Below are positions 33,540 to 46,094 of a DNA stretch of 64,000 bases, one piece after another; the stretch's first letter is position 1, and each line of letters opens with the position of its first letter. The notes under the pieces were generated by a model. That model had not been told where the DNA came from, made no database searches, and saw nothing but the letters and a program-made list of their open reading frames with translations. Source of the stretch: Phyllobates terribilis (Eukaryota); contig NW_027362771.1 in assembly GCF_046119375.1 (NCBI RefSeq), forward strand, positions 116,374,001-116,438,000, in the 5' to 3' direction. The translations under genes and the position numbers were made by a program.

Positions 33540-34118
33540 TCGAAACCGCAGACGCGGCAGACAGAGCTGAGCAAAGCGAAAACCGCAGACGCGGCGGACA
33601 GAGCTGAGCAAAGCGAAAACCGCAGACGCGGCGGACAGAGCTGAGCAAAGCGAAAACCGCAGACGCGGCGGACAGAGCAGAGCAAAGCGAAAACCGCAGA
33701 CGCGGCGGACAGAGCAGAGCAAAGCGAAAACCGCAGACGCGGCGGACAGAGCAGAGCAAAGCGAAAACCGCAGACGCGGCGGACAGAGCAGAGCAAAGCG
33801 AAAACCGCAGACGCGGCGGACAGAGCAGAGCAAAGCGAAAACCGCAGACGCGGCGGACAGAGCAGAGCAAAGCGAAAACCGCAGACGCGGCGGACAGAGC
33901 AGAGCAAAGACCGCAGACGCGGCGGACAGAGCAGAGCAAAGCGAAAACCGCAGACGCGGCGGACAGAGCAGAGCAAAGCGAAAACCGCAGACGCGGCGGA
34001 CAGAGCAGAGCAAAGCGAAAACCGCAGACGCGGCGGACAGAGCAGAGCAAAGCGAAAACCGCAGACGCGGCGGACAGAGCAGAGCAAAGCGAAAACCGCA
34101 GACGCGGCGGACAGAGCT
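33540..34118. repeat. 37-bp tandem array inside the 5' LTR (~15-16 copies, one with a deletion)
   Basis: Same unit as 29572-30118; shortened unit near 33905. Confidence 0.95.
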
Positions 34119-36483
34119 CTGTTCACACGGAACAGACTAGAAGGGAAAGGCAGAACCAGATACCCACAGGGTACTTGCAGAGAAGTAGCGAGTGGACCAC
34201 AAACTCACAGACGGAAGTACAGTGACAACGAGCAGGAGTTAGGTACGAGTTCAGACTCTGCAGAAAAAGGAAGGGAACGGACATAGAGGCAAAACAGGTA
34301 AAGGATAGGAGAGAGTTCAGACTGGAACTGAGTGTACGGAGGAGACCGACACTGCAGCGGAATACAGGAGCGGATCTAGGTAATCGGCCCCTAGAAGGCG
34401 GGAGGAACAGGCTAGGAGCGTGTTCAGACAGGCCTAGAAATACAGCCTCCAGGATAGGCAGACAAGAGAACACAGACAGGACTCAGTTCAGACACGGGAA
34501 CTGATACCGCAAGGCAGGAGACATAGACAGGACTCAGTTCAGACACGGGAACTGATACCGCAAGGCAGGTAACATAGACAGGACCTGGCATGTCAGAGAC
34601 AAAAGCCAACTGACAGGGCAAGATGCTCCGGCATCAGTTAATTGGGGCAGCTGGTTTAAATACCAGGTGACAGACAGCAATAGGCTGAGGACGCACAAGG
34701 GGTGTGCCTGCAGCAGGTACAAAAAGCAGGAAGTGATCGGGCGCCGCCCTTAAGCAGCAGACACAGAAGCAAACAGACAGCATGGAGGGAAGCCAGAGAA
34801 ACACCCTGGACTGGAGATCAAGTGCGCGCTCTTGCACAGTGGGAGATGGACCACTATGCAAGGACGCCGCCAGGTATGTTACAGGGGTGTACTCTCGTCC
34901 CAGGTGGCAGGGGGTTCCAGTGAGGAAAACATGCTGGAAGGGCTGCAGGTTGGATAGATTGCCAAGGCCTGGCCTGTGGGCCACTTTTTATTACAGAGGG
35001 TGCAGGCGTAGTAAGTTATATTGGGAAAGGGACGGGAGGGAGGCTCCCAGAGCCTGTCCATATGTATGTGTTTGAGTGGCTGTGATCTAGCAGTGTCTGT
35101 AATATTTCTGAGGAGAGCTAATACTGTCAGGTATAGCCTGGCCAGAGACTACCTGGTCAGATGGAGGGTCCTGTCCGATGTGGAGTTTCACCAGCAGAAG
35201 TAACTGCGGCCAGCAGGCAGCTGTGGTCCAGTAGAGGAGATATGATGTCTGGAAGCTGATATGGCACTCAAGGAGAGGGCGGTACCGTGCAAAAAACGCG
35301 TGTATAACAGGGCGTTCCCGTGCGGAGTGCGGGAAAGACAAGGGAACCGCCCCCCCTCCCTGACATAGTGGTCCGGAGCATGCGCGGGAACAAACCCCGC
35401 GCTGAAGCGTTTTTTCAAAATGGAGGGGGCATGGTTACCGCCTTCTGCCAGCAACGTAAGAAGGTGGTAGTGGCGTGGGAGGTAAGGAGGGCGGGCCGAG
35501 TGATGCTGGAGCAGGGAGAGTGTCGGAATAAGCCAAACGTCATGTGAGGGGCGTGTCCGGGAGTAGGCCGAAGTCGGGGCCTGGATTTACTGCCGCTGGG
35601 GCCTGAAAGAACAGCCGAGAATGAAGAGCTCTAGGGAGGGGAGGTAGGTCGGTGACACTGCCACTGCGTTGGTGGAGAGGGGAGATACAGTACCTGATGT
35701 CTTCTGCATGTCCGGTCCTCTTCTCCACATCTTGGGACTGCATCAGGAACCCCCGGGCTAGAGAGGGGGTCACTGGTGGGCATCCATCCCGGTCCTGGAT
35801 GGTGTAGAAGATAGGAACACAAGAGAAGGGGGAAGATCACTACTAGTGACCCTGTCTTCCTCCCGGCCCACTTCGAGGAGGGGGCTGGGGATGGGATCAG
35901 AGGCAGGACCGATTCGCTCCAGTCCTCCTGAACACCATAAGGTGACAGGGAATGGGTCCTGCCTCGCAGACCGAGAGTGGGCGACACCACATTGCTCTCT
36001 CGGTCACACCTGTGCGAGAAAACAGGGTGAGACATTACACCCGGTTACCCTGGGAAGGAAAAATCTGAAAGACAGGGAAAAGATTATTAAAAAAAGAACA
36101 ACAGGGTACCTGAAAAGGAAAAAAGACGGATCTGGGATCAGATGCAGGTCCGCCTCCTACTGACACTAAGCTTAAACTGATGAGCTTAGTGCCAGTCATT
36201 GGGTGTATACTGCTGAGGACCAAATTCTTTTTTCTAGCCTAGTGTCAGCCTCCTAGCGAAGCAGAATACACCTATGTTTACCTGTGTCCCCCCCAATGAA
36301 GCGATAAAGAAAATCACAGCATACAGAAATTTCTTCTGTATGTCGAGTGAGACTCTCCTATTTAAGTCTGTGTGTGCAAAGAAAAAAGTCATACAGATAA
36401 CATGTAATAGACTCTAAAACCTATTTCATGTCCTGTTACTCTCGGTTTAAATTCTTCACCTATGTGTTCACCAATAGCGCTTA

Positions 36484-37025
36484 CAGCAAAGATGTCAAAC
36501 TCAAACACACAGAGGGCCAAAATAAGAAAAACTTGGGACAAAGTCGCGGACCAGTATACAGACTAAAGGGCCCCACATAGTCCTCCATACAGACTAATGG
36601 GCCCCACACAGTCCTCCATACAGACTAATGGGCCCCACACAGTCCTCCATACAGACTAATGGGCCCCACACAGTCCTCCATACAGACTAATGGGCCCCAC
36701 ACAGTCCTCCATACAGACTAATGGGCCCCACACAGTCCTCCATACAGACTAATGGGCCCCACACAGTCCTCCATACAGACTAATGGGCCCCACACAGTCC
36801 TCCATACAGACTAATGGGCCCCACACACAGTCCTCCATACAGACTAATGGGCCCCACACACAGTCCTCCATACAGACTAATGGGCCCCACACAGTCCTCC
36901 ATACAGAATATAATGGGCCCCACATAGTCCACCATACAGAATATAATGGGCCCCACATAGGGGTGGCAGTTCTGGCATCACAGGCCAAATATAATCACCC
37001 TGCGGCCCAGAGTTTGATATGTGTG
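36484..37025. mobile_element. hAT-like MITE containing a 31-bp tandem array (~36565-36960)
   Basis: gatgtcaaactc / gagtttgatat termini; unit gggccccacacagtcctccatacagactaat. Confidence 0.7.
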
Positions 37026-38758
37026 GCTTACAGAGATTTGAGCGGTTTTTCTCCAGGAACACAAATCTCTTTACTCTGTCTAACCAGCTACAACACAGCT
37101 GCTCCATTAGGCCACTTTTTTCTTCCATAGTGCTTTACATCTTCCAGTTTAATATCTAGCTGCAACCATTTATGCAGTCTTGCATATTACAGCTACTGTC
37201 CTTCCAAACTGGCTCAGGCCTGGAAGCCATACTTTATAATTGCTTCATTTTTTTTTCTCTATTTGAATCGTCTGAGATTGGGGTCACGTTTTGATATGCA
37301 GATTGGAGTGGTTTTTCAAAGTGATTGGGAAGTTAACTGTTTAATCGCAGCTTAACAACATTTTTCTCCACGGATGTTACCAAACTGCTCTTGGGTACTA
37401 CCCGATTGAAAATCTGATTATTGATCAGCATATTACTGTACTTTTTGCCACACTTTTAATGCAACATGTCAGGCGTTGGAAAACTATTTAGTGATGTTTA
37501 AATGACCTATCCAAATAAGTCACCATAGTTTAAAGCAACAGAGACCAAGTCCTGAGATTAACTGCTCACACTTTCCACAGCAGTCCCCATTGGATGTGAA
37601 GATGGGGCACCGATCTTAAGAGACAGACAGCTGCATGAATGCACCCGGAAGTGTACTTATCACATGTGTGAGGCTACCATTTTTATTCAAGAAAACAATT
37701 GGCAGAAGCACACTGACCCAGTGTTCTGGCAAATGTTTGGTCTGAATTTTCAGGTTGAGACCACTCCCTTTTGCATGGCCACCCTTACAATAAAAATGTG
37801 AGATCTTATGTTTTTAACAAAAACAGTGCTGCCTGCATTATTTACAATGCGGTTCTTAATAGGTACAATGAAATGAAGTCATAGTTACCTAGTTATATCC
37901 TCAGCTGATTTTTCTTTTAAAGTGAGAAATGTGAATAAAAAAAATCCATAAACCATGCGAATGCCCACAGTAAGATTCTCCCTCACAATGTAGCTAGTAA
38001 ATTGTGCATTGCATACGGCCGTACTGCATGTGTGAATTTCCCCAGACATCTACAGTGAATCTAGACAATTTGGCACATCTGTTACAAATCCCCAGGGGAA
38101 AACTGTACTTTCTCACTGCTGCTAAAATGCAAATTTCAAATACAACCATTCACCTGAGCTACTGCTAAAAAAGAAACTTGCATCATCCCCAGTAAAATCT
38201 TGTAACATGGATAGGTAAACTACTAGAATGACACATTGTGCTGGTTTCATTAAAAGTAAAAAAACAAAACAAAACCATGCAATACAAAAAAAAAACAACC
38301 ATTGGCCTCATCTACAAAAACGAAGAGTAAAGCTAGCCTTGCAGTGATGTAGATGAAAATTAAAAGGCTTGTTAGAGTCTAACATTGACGGCCTATCCAT
38401 CAATGCATTTCTCCCGGTGTCGCCTGGAACTGTTCAGGTACGGAGCTGCACAGCACAGGTCCATCTACTGTGTAATGGCCAGGGCCAGGTACCGCACATC
38501 CGCCAACTATTCAAAGCAATAGGGGGTGGATGTGCAGTACTGCAGCAACTATTTCTTCAACTGAGTAGATCCAGCCACCGCTACTACCGGGAACAGCAGA
38601 TCGGCGGGGGAGCCAGGTATCGCACCCCCACCGATCAGATATTGATGACCTATCCAAAGCATAGGCCATCAATATTAAAGTCTCGGACAACCTCTAAATG
38701 AAAACCATACTTAGCACAGCACACAAAATTTTTACAGGTGTGAATTAGTTACACAAAC

Positions 38759-39066
38759 CAGGGCTGTCGAGTCGGAGTCTGAATAAAATGGACCGACTCC
38801 GAAAATATATAATAAATTGGGTGCAGTAGTTCAATGCAGTATGTGCTGTAAATGTTTTCATAACAATTTGGGAAAGTTATGAAAGGTCCTATAAATGTCT
38901 ATTCCTTATCTAAGGATCTCGGCTTTTAGTTGAGATGAATCAGTGCTGCACTTTATGTACACGCTCAGTAGTGAGGCAGGGCTGTGGAGTCGGAGTCGTG
39001 GAGTTGGAGTCAGAAGTCAAGAAAATTGAGGAGTCGGTGATTTGGCTTACCGACTCCACAGCCCTA
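38759..39066. mobile_element. hAT-like MITE (cagggctgtggagtcgg family)
   Basis: cagggctgtcgagtcgg ... ccgactccacagccct termini; related to the split element at 44181/50057. Confidence 0.6.
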
Positions 39067-39929
39067 AATTACAAAACACCAAGTGCTTCCCTGTGGCACC
39101 ATAAAGTAACGCATCTAAGGGCTTATTTTATTTTTAACTCCCTCCTTCTCTGTTTACAATTCATTTGCGTTGTTCACATTCAGTGCATATTTCTGACTAT
39201 ACACCGAAGCAAAATCCAAGGAAGGAAACCAGTAACACCTCTGCAGTAGATATCTGTATACTGTGGGCCTGATTCTGCTGGCATAAAAATCTTTGAAAAG
39301 TTGCATCATTTTTGCACAACTTGAGGCTGCGCTAAAATTTTGCAACTTTTGGCACTTGCATGCAATTTTTGCCCAGCAGCATCAAAATGGGCGGACCTAG
39401 AGTAGGACAGAGGCGGCAGTATTCGGTACCCTCCAAATCTTACACCAGCAAGGACTAGAGTAGAATTTGTGATGGAGGCGCACACAGAGCTATACACCAC
39501 TTGTACTACGCTCTTGATTCCTGAAAAGGCATATGACCATCTCCTCATCAAGACCGGCGTGAACAACGTAGATCTCGATGAATCGGGCCCTGTGTGTATA
39601 TTTTCCACGACAATCCCAACTCCATATTAGGGCCTGCAACTTAAGAAAGAATGAACATCTATGTAAAACGCTGTCATGGAGTCTGCAGGTACTTAGGTAT
39701 AAAGCCACCTTGTCAGCACATCTACTATATACTCATTGTGTGCATGGGCAGGCTTATTTTATAAGGATTCCTCAGTCTATGTAGTGAAATGATTCATATA
39801 GCAGTTTATGTACTTTCAGGTCCTTGTAATGTTTCAGGTTAATGTCCGTTATATACAGTGAAAGTGGTATTACTAGACGTATATACAATAAACAATTATT
39901 TATAAAATGACAAGAATCATATGTGAAGG

Positions 39930-42900
39930 CTAGCTTGTCTGGTTATTTTCTTTCTTTGTCTGTAATCCAAGCAGTTCTGTCCTCAGCTCTCCAGGTTTTG
40001 GGGGAACCTCAGGCACGCTCTGCAACACATAATAAAATTCTCATTAATATGCAATACTAACTTTTTGTTATGATGGTAAACTAGAAGACAGAACCATAAA
40101 AGGGCCTTAAAATCTTTAGTATTAAATTAATGTACAGATGCATAAATACACTCTGTCGCCAATATACATACACGGTGTGCCAGAACACTGCTATATTAAT
40201 GAACACATGAACTCCACTATTGCTACATAAGTTAAAAACATAATTTATTTAGCTAACATCTTTTATCAAAAAGCGTACAGCCATCCAACCATGACCAGGT
40301 GACCTTATTTTGGATTGTGTGCCCTTTTTTTTTTTGCAGTATCCATTGGGGAGGGTGAGGGGGGGTGGCCGCCTCCAGGGCCAAGTACCCATTGGTCCCA
40401 GAAAGATTTTAATCATGAGCTATGCCTGGTTTCTTTTCACTTCCCCAGTTCAGATGAGGCCTCGATGGGCACATGGAAACGTAGGACATTAGTGATAAAA
40501 ATCATCTATATGCGGTCACCTTGTCGTGATGGGCTGGCTCTACGCTTTTTGATCAAAAATGTTAATTAAGTACCTTAAGAATTTTTTTACGTATGTAGCA
40601 AGAGTGGAGTTCATGAATTCATTAATCGCAGTGTGCTAACACATCATGTATGTAAATGATGGAAAACTAGAAAATGTCAGCAAATAACAAGAACGCCTGG
40701 CTTCTAGATTTGTGTAAAAATCCCATCAATAAAAGTGAAATTTTACTGAACAACTAGCATTTCTCACGACTCATTCTCATTCAAGATTCTAAATGTCATC
40801 ACAATATTTGTACACAGCAGTAATAGGGCACCCATAGAAGCCTTTACTGTTCCTCCAATTTTATATTTCAGCATAAGATAGTGTTTATTCTGAGAGTTTT
40901 TTACAAAATGTAACAGGTAAAAACTTTAGTATGTCCCACACATGATCCAATCGAGAATAGTATGACGGCACATGGAGTCCTGCTCAGTACTAGGGAGCCA
41001 GAGTATCTGTGCATCTTCACCACGAAGACATATGCTCTAAATTAGAGGTCTCAACCCCTCCGGCTGCTTCATGCGGCCCGCAGGCACACAGACCCCGTAG
41101 CGATTGCGTCTCGCTCCAGCAGCTGCGGACATCAGCGCTGTAGAGCAGTGTATTGCCGCGCAGAGACCGGCTCTCTGCACAGCAATACGAATGCCAGCCA
41201 CCGGCCTATCAGAGGCCAGCAGCTGACATCTGCGTCCCAGCGCAGTGGCGTATGACGTCACTGCCATGCGCAGATGTCAGCTGCTGGCCTCTGATAGGCC
41301 GGTTGCTGGCATTCGTATTGCTGTGCAGAGAGCCGGTCTCTGTGCGGCAATACACTGCTCTACAGCGCTGATGTCGGCGGCTGCTGGACGGGGCCGCGAT
41401 CATTACGGGGTCTATGCTGCCTGCAGGCCACAGGTGCAGAAAGGATGCTGAGGAAACGAAGGACAGGTGAGAAGATTCTTTTTTTTTTTCTCTGTCATGT
41501 CTACACTGTGTTCCAAATTATTATGCAAATAATATTTTCTCAGATTTTCCCAAATTACCTATATGAATTGCAGTCATTGTAATTTTCCAGTCAAATAACT
41601 ATTAGAATACAATTGAAAGGTTTTTGTACAAACTGCCTATGATAACAGTATATTTTTAAAAAAATAAACTCAAACTGCACTCAAAATGCATGTTCCAAAT
41701 TATTATGCACAGCTGAGTTTTCAACCTTTTCATTTTAATAAAGAACAAAAAAATGGTCATTTTTGAAATTATAAGCATTAGCAGGTTATTACAAACTGAA
41801 ATCAAACAGTTTTCAAATCAAAACTTTATTCTAGGTGATGTTACATTTGCACATAGGACCCCTTGTTCGAAAGGAGCTTCTGAACTCTCTTGTCCATTGA
41901 ATTTGTCAGGTTTTGGATGGTTTCTGCTTCACTTGTTTTGCATAAGGACAGAATACCCTCCCAGAGCTGTTGCTTAGATGTGAACTGCCTCCCGCCATCA
42001 TAGACACTCCTTTTGATGATGCTCCAGAGGTTCTCAATGGGGTTGAGGTCAGGGGAGCATGGGTGCCACACCATAAGTTTGTCCCCTTTTATGCCCATAG
42101 CAGCCAGAGATGCAGATGTGTTATGTGCAGCATGAGACGGGGCATTATCATGCATGAAATGATCTCGATGGTCCAGATGGATGGAGTGGAGGATGGGTGG
42201 TTGATGGACACCCCATGCAAACACGGCTACGGAGCTAACAAGCAGGAGGTGGAGTAATGTTTTGGGTTGGAATCATGGGGAGAGAGATTGTCGGCCCTTT
42301 TAGGATCCCTGAAGGGGTAAAGATGAACTCCATAATGTATGTTGAGTTTCTCAAACAGCACTTCCTTCCATGGTTCAAGAAGAAGAACGCAGCAAGATCA
42401 TTTTTATGCATGATAATGCACCGTCTCATGCTGCACATAACACATCTGCATCTCTGGCTGCTGTGGGCATAAAAGGGGACAAACTTATGGTGTGGCACCC
42501 ATGCTCCCCTGACCTCAACCCCATTGAGAACCTCTGGAGCATCATCAAAAGGAGTGTCTATGATGGCGGGAGGCAGATCACATTTAAGCAACAGCTCTGG
42601 GAGGGTATTCTCTCCTCATGCAAAACAATTGAAGCAGAAACCATCCAAAACCTGACAAATTCAATGGACGAGAGAGTTCAGAAGCTCCTTTTGAACAAGC
42701 GGTCCTATGTGCAAATGTAACATCACCTAGAATAAAGTTTTGAGTTGAAAACTGTTTGATTTCAGTTTGTAATAACCTGCTAATGCTTATAATTTCAAAA
42801 ATGATCATTTTTTTGTTCTTTATTAAAATGAAAAGGTTGAAAACTCTGCTGTGCATAATAATTTGGAACATGCATTTTGAGTGCAGTTTGAGTTTTTTAT

Positions 42901-43942
42901 TTTTATTTTTTTAAATATACTGTTATCATAGGCAGTTTGTACAAAAACCTTTCAATTGTACTCTAATAGTTATTTGACTGGAAAATTACAATGACTGCAA
43001 TTCATATATGTAATTTGGGAAAATCTGAGAAAATATTATTTGCATAATAATTTGAAACACAGTGTATGTGAAATGCAGTATGGGGAAGGGGGACCCGACA
43101 CTGCGCGCAGCACGGGGAAGGGGGACCCGACACTGCGCACGGTATAGGGGGGGGGGGGGGGGAGGGAGGGACATGTCTGCAATATGGGGGACCTGGATGG
43201 GAGACCATGTCTGCAATATGGGGGACCTGGATGGGAGACCATGTCTGCAATATGGGGGACATGTCTGCAAGATGAGGACCAGTTCAAAAGGTGTATAGAA
43301 AATAAAATGGTATCACTAAAAATGTCACTTTGCAAATAATGCAGCCCTCCCAAATTAAATGTTTTTCTGTGTGCGGCTCATATACCAAGCGGAGTTTGAG
43401 ACCCCTGCTCTAAATGTCTATAGTGAGAAACTGAGTAATCTGATGATGACATGCAGCAGAGAGTGGAACTATCAATACAGGAGCTGTCCGCAAACAACAA
43501 CTGCTTCCTATTATCATTTTATAGTAGAGGTTCTGTTCACATTAGTGCTGTTCTCTGTTTCATAAGGTTTGCTGTTGCTTTTTGAGATCATGCATAGTGT
43601 AATGCTGCACTATTCATAAACCCTTTACGTGTTTGCATTACTGCAGGATGTCAAACAACAAGATATACGAGCTGAGAGTTCTACATATACACAGGTCTGG
43701 TCAATTCTAACAGCTTCATGCTAAAATGAATGCACTTACATCTATTTAAGATCTACTTAGGAAATCTGATGCAACTGCTTTGAAATCAACTGCAATGACC
43801 TGTACTATATTACTGAGCGAAGCTGCATTCTTACAAGATCTGGCCTGTAGTATCTGTGCACAACTTCTGCCCCTGCGAACATAGACACAATGGTAGCACT
43901 CAGCATCTTCAAGTATTGGGGCCAGGATACTCCCGCAGGCAT
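39930..43942 (-). CDS. UQCC6: BRAWNIN / C12orf73, mitochondrial complex III assembly microprotein, 65 aa, two coding exons
   Basis: Exon 43942-43835 MPAGVSWPQYLKMLSATIVSMFAGAEVVHRYYRPDL (donor gtaag) and exon 40019-39930 SVPEVPPKPGELRTELLGLQTKKENNQTS* (acceptor ttgcag); expected syntenic position and strand next to HSP90B1. Confidence 0.93.
41043..43411. mobile_element. hAT-like MITE with an internal ~270-bp hairpin (41116-41390), interrupted by a Tc1 derivative
   Basis: gaggtctcaacccc / gagtttgagacccctg termini; long near-perfect inverted arms around gtatgacgtcac. Confidence 0.6.
41504..43064. mobile_element. Fold-back Tc1 derivative made of two inverted right ends (~660-bp arms)
   Basis: TIR cactgtgttccaaattattatgcaaat at both ends, TA TSD; transposase C-terminus [18 protein letters not shown] present on both strands (41841-42160 minus, 42395-42720 plus). 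Confidence 0.88.
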
Positions 43943-44498
43943 AGTGATAGAGCTTCCTTAAAAAGAAGCACAAAGCATATTAGTGGATCTTACAGATTGT
44001 GAGTCATGAGAATTCAATATAATCTAATGGTGCAAAATTCGGAACAACCAAGAATTGAATGATTAAAAATATTTTTTATAGATTAATAGGGAAGAGTTGA
44101 AAAAAAGGGGCCCATTTCATCTAATGTCACACAAACCCAGCACCTCCATTAGGCCACATTCACACGTTGAGTATTTTACACAGGGCAGTAGAGTCGGTAA
44201 GCCAAACCTCAGACTCCTCAATTTTCCTGACTTCTGACTCCACAGCCCTGCCTCACTACTGAGCGTGTACATAAAGTGCAGCACAGATTCATCTCAACTA
44301 AAAGCCTAAATCCTTAGATCAGGAACTGATCATAACTTTCCCAAATTCTTATGAAAACATTTACAGCCCATACAGCATTGTACTACTGTACCCAATTTAT
44401 TTATTTTTTTTAGAGCAAAAAACATCCACAATAATATAACGTATAGCACTTTAAAAATGAACAATTATTTAGCATAGGTTATATCCAGTACCTGGTAA

Positions 44499-45952
44499 CC
44501 TCTAAGAAACACTAAAAGAAATCAAGATTAAAAATGTGGTACTCAGTAAGGGTCATTTTTTTCAGACCAAGCTGAGGGAAAAAATTATGGAACCACTCAA
44601 TTCTGAGGAAAAAAATATGGAATCATGACAAACAAACACACAAAAGAACATCAATCTGGCTCCAACTTTCTCTGATTGCTGTTGCCAGATCAGCTTTGCA
44701 GGTTGGAGCCTTGTCATGGACCATTTTCTTCAACTTCCACCAAAGATTTTCAATTGGATTGCGATCCGGACTATTTGCAGGCCATGACATTGACCTTATG
44801 TGTCTTCTTTCAAGGAATGTTTTCACAGTTTTTGCTCTATGGCTTGATGCATTATCATCTTGAAAAATGATGTCATCATCCCCAAACATCCTTTCAATTG
44901 ATGGGATAACTGTCCAAAATACCAATGTAAACTTGGGCATTTATTGAAGATGTAATGACAGCCATCTCCCCAGTGCCTTTACCTGACATGCAGCCCCATA
45001 TCATCAATGACTGTGGAAATTTGCATGTTCTCTTCATGCAGTCATCTTTATAAATCTCATTGGAACGGCACCAAACAAAAGTTCCAGCATCATCACCTTG
45101 CCCAATGCAGATTCGCGATTCATCACTGAATATGATTTTCATCCAGTCATCCACAGTCCACGATTGCTTTTCCTTAGCCCATTGTAACCTTGTTTTTTTC
45201 TGTTTAGGTGTTAATGATGGATTATGTTTAGCTTTTCTGTATGTAAATCCCATTTCCTTTAGGCGGTTTGTTAGTTTGGGCACAGACATTGACTCCAGTT
45301 TTCTCCCATTTATTCCTCATTTGTTTTGTTGCGCATTTCCTGTGGAATATGGAGACATATTGCTTTAAGTTTCCGGTCTTGACACTTTTATGTCTTCCTT
45401 GGTCTACCAGTATGTTCGCCTTTAACAACCTTCCCATGTTGTTTGTATTTGGTCCAGATTTTAGACACAGCTGACTGTGAACAACCAGCATCTTTTGCAA
45501 CATAGTGTGATTCACCTTCTTTTAAGAGTTTGATAATCCTTTCCTTTGTTTCAATTGACATCTCTCGTGTTGGAGCCATGATTCATGTTAGTGCACTTGG
45601 TACAACAGCTCTCCAAGGTGTGATCACTCCTTTTTAGATGCAGGCTAACGAGCAGATCTAATTTGATGCAGGTGTTAGTTTTGGAAAATTTACAGGGTGA
45701 TTCCATAATTTTTTCCTCAGAATTGAGAGATTCCATAATTTTTTCCCACTGCTTAGTTTGAAAAAAATTACCCTTACTGAGTACCACATTTTTAATCTGG
45801 ATTTCTTTTAGTGTTTCTTAAAGCCATAAAGTTGCCATTTGAAATTACTTTAGTTTTGTGCCATGTCTGTGATCTGCTTTTTTTCAACAACATTAAACAA
45901 CTGAATGAACATCCTCCGAGCCCGGTGATTCCATAATATTTGCCAGGGGTTG
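44499..45952 (-). mobile_element. Tc1-like transposon of the same family as 17123-18628; 3' TIR truncated
   Basis: TIR ..tttgccaggggttg|ta at 45952; transposase MAPTREMSIETKERII.., FSDESRICIG, SPDRNPIENLW. Confidence 0.9.
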
Positions 45953-46094
45953 TATAGTCAGCCTATATCAGTTTCCACAACAGACTCTAGTACTAAGGAT
46001 GTCTAATGCATTAAGTCCATGATAGGACTATGTTTTCCACACTTGCAAACGCCATTTAGTTGAGCTCAGCTACTTAAGAGGAGCTCTGCATGTG

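Larger units (their letters stand above)
29284..34883 (-). mobile_element. Non-autonomous Ty3/Gypsy-type LTR element with very long LTRs and a single gag-like ORF
   Basis: LTRs 29284-31009 and 33253-34883 (TG..CA); 5-bp TSD GGGGT; PPT (C-run on plus, 31012-31024) next to the 29284-31009 LTR; no pol. Confidence 0.9.
16999..36313 (-). mobile_element. DIRS1-like tyrosine-recombinase retrotransposon, complete (~6.0 kb after removing four nested insertions) but decayed
   Basis: Inverted terminal repeats (36170-36313 vs 17000-17120: ttcattggggg..cacagg..gtgta..ctgc..tgacactaggcta); ICR at ~18765-18830; gag-like pieces, RT, RNase H, methyltransferase-like and YR domains in the correct order on the minus strand. 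Confidence 0.9.

Noticed and set aside
29572-34118. 37-bp arrays (and the 31-bp and 82-bp arrays elsewhere) as CRISPR arrays
   Set aside because: Head-to-tail repeats with no unique spacers, no cas genes, and a eukaryotic context.
37150-37560. Possible decayed LINE RT fragment, and a PEKAYDH-like motif near 39520
   Set aside because: Too short and degenerate to support without a profile search.
38369-38701. ORF containing HRYYR, like BRAWNIN
   Set aside because: Wrong strand, lies in a MITE-like repeat, and the real UQCC6 exon is at 43835-43942.
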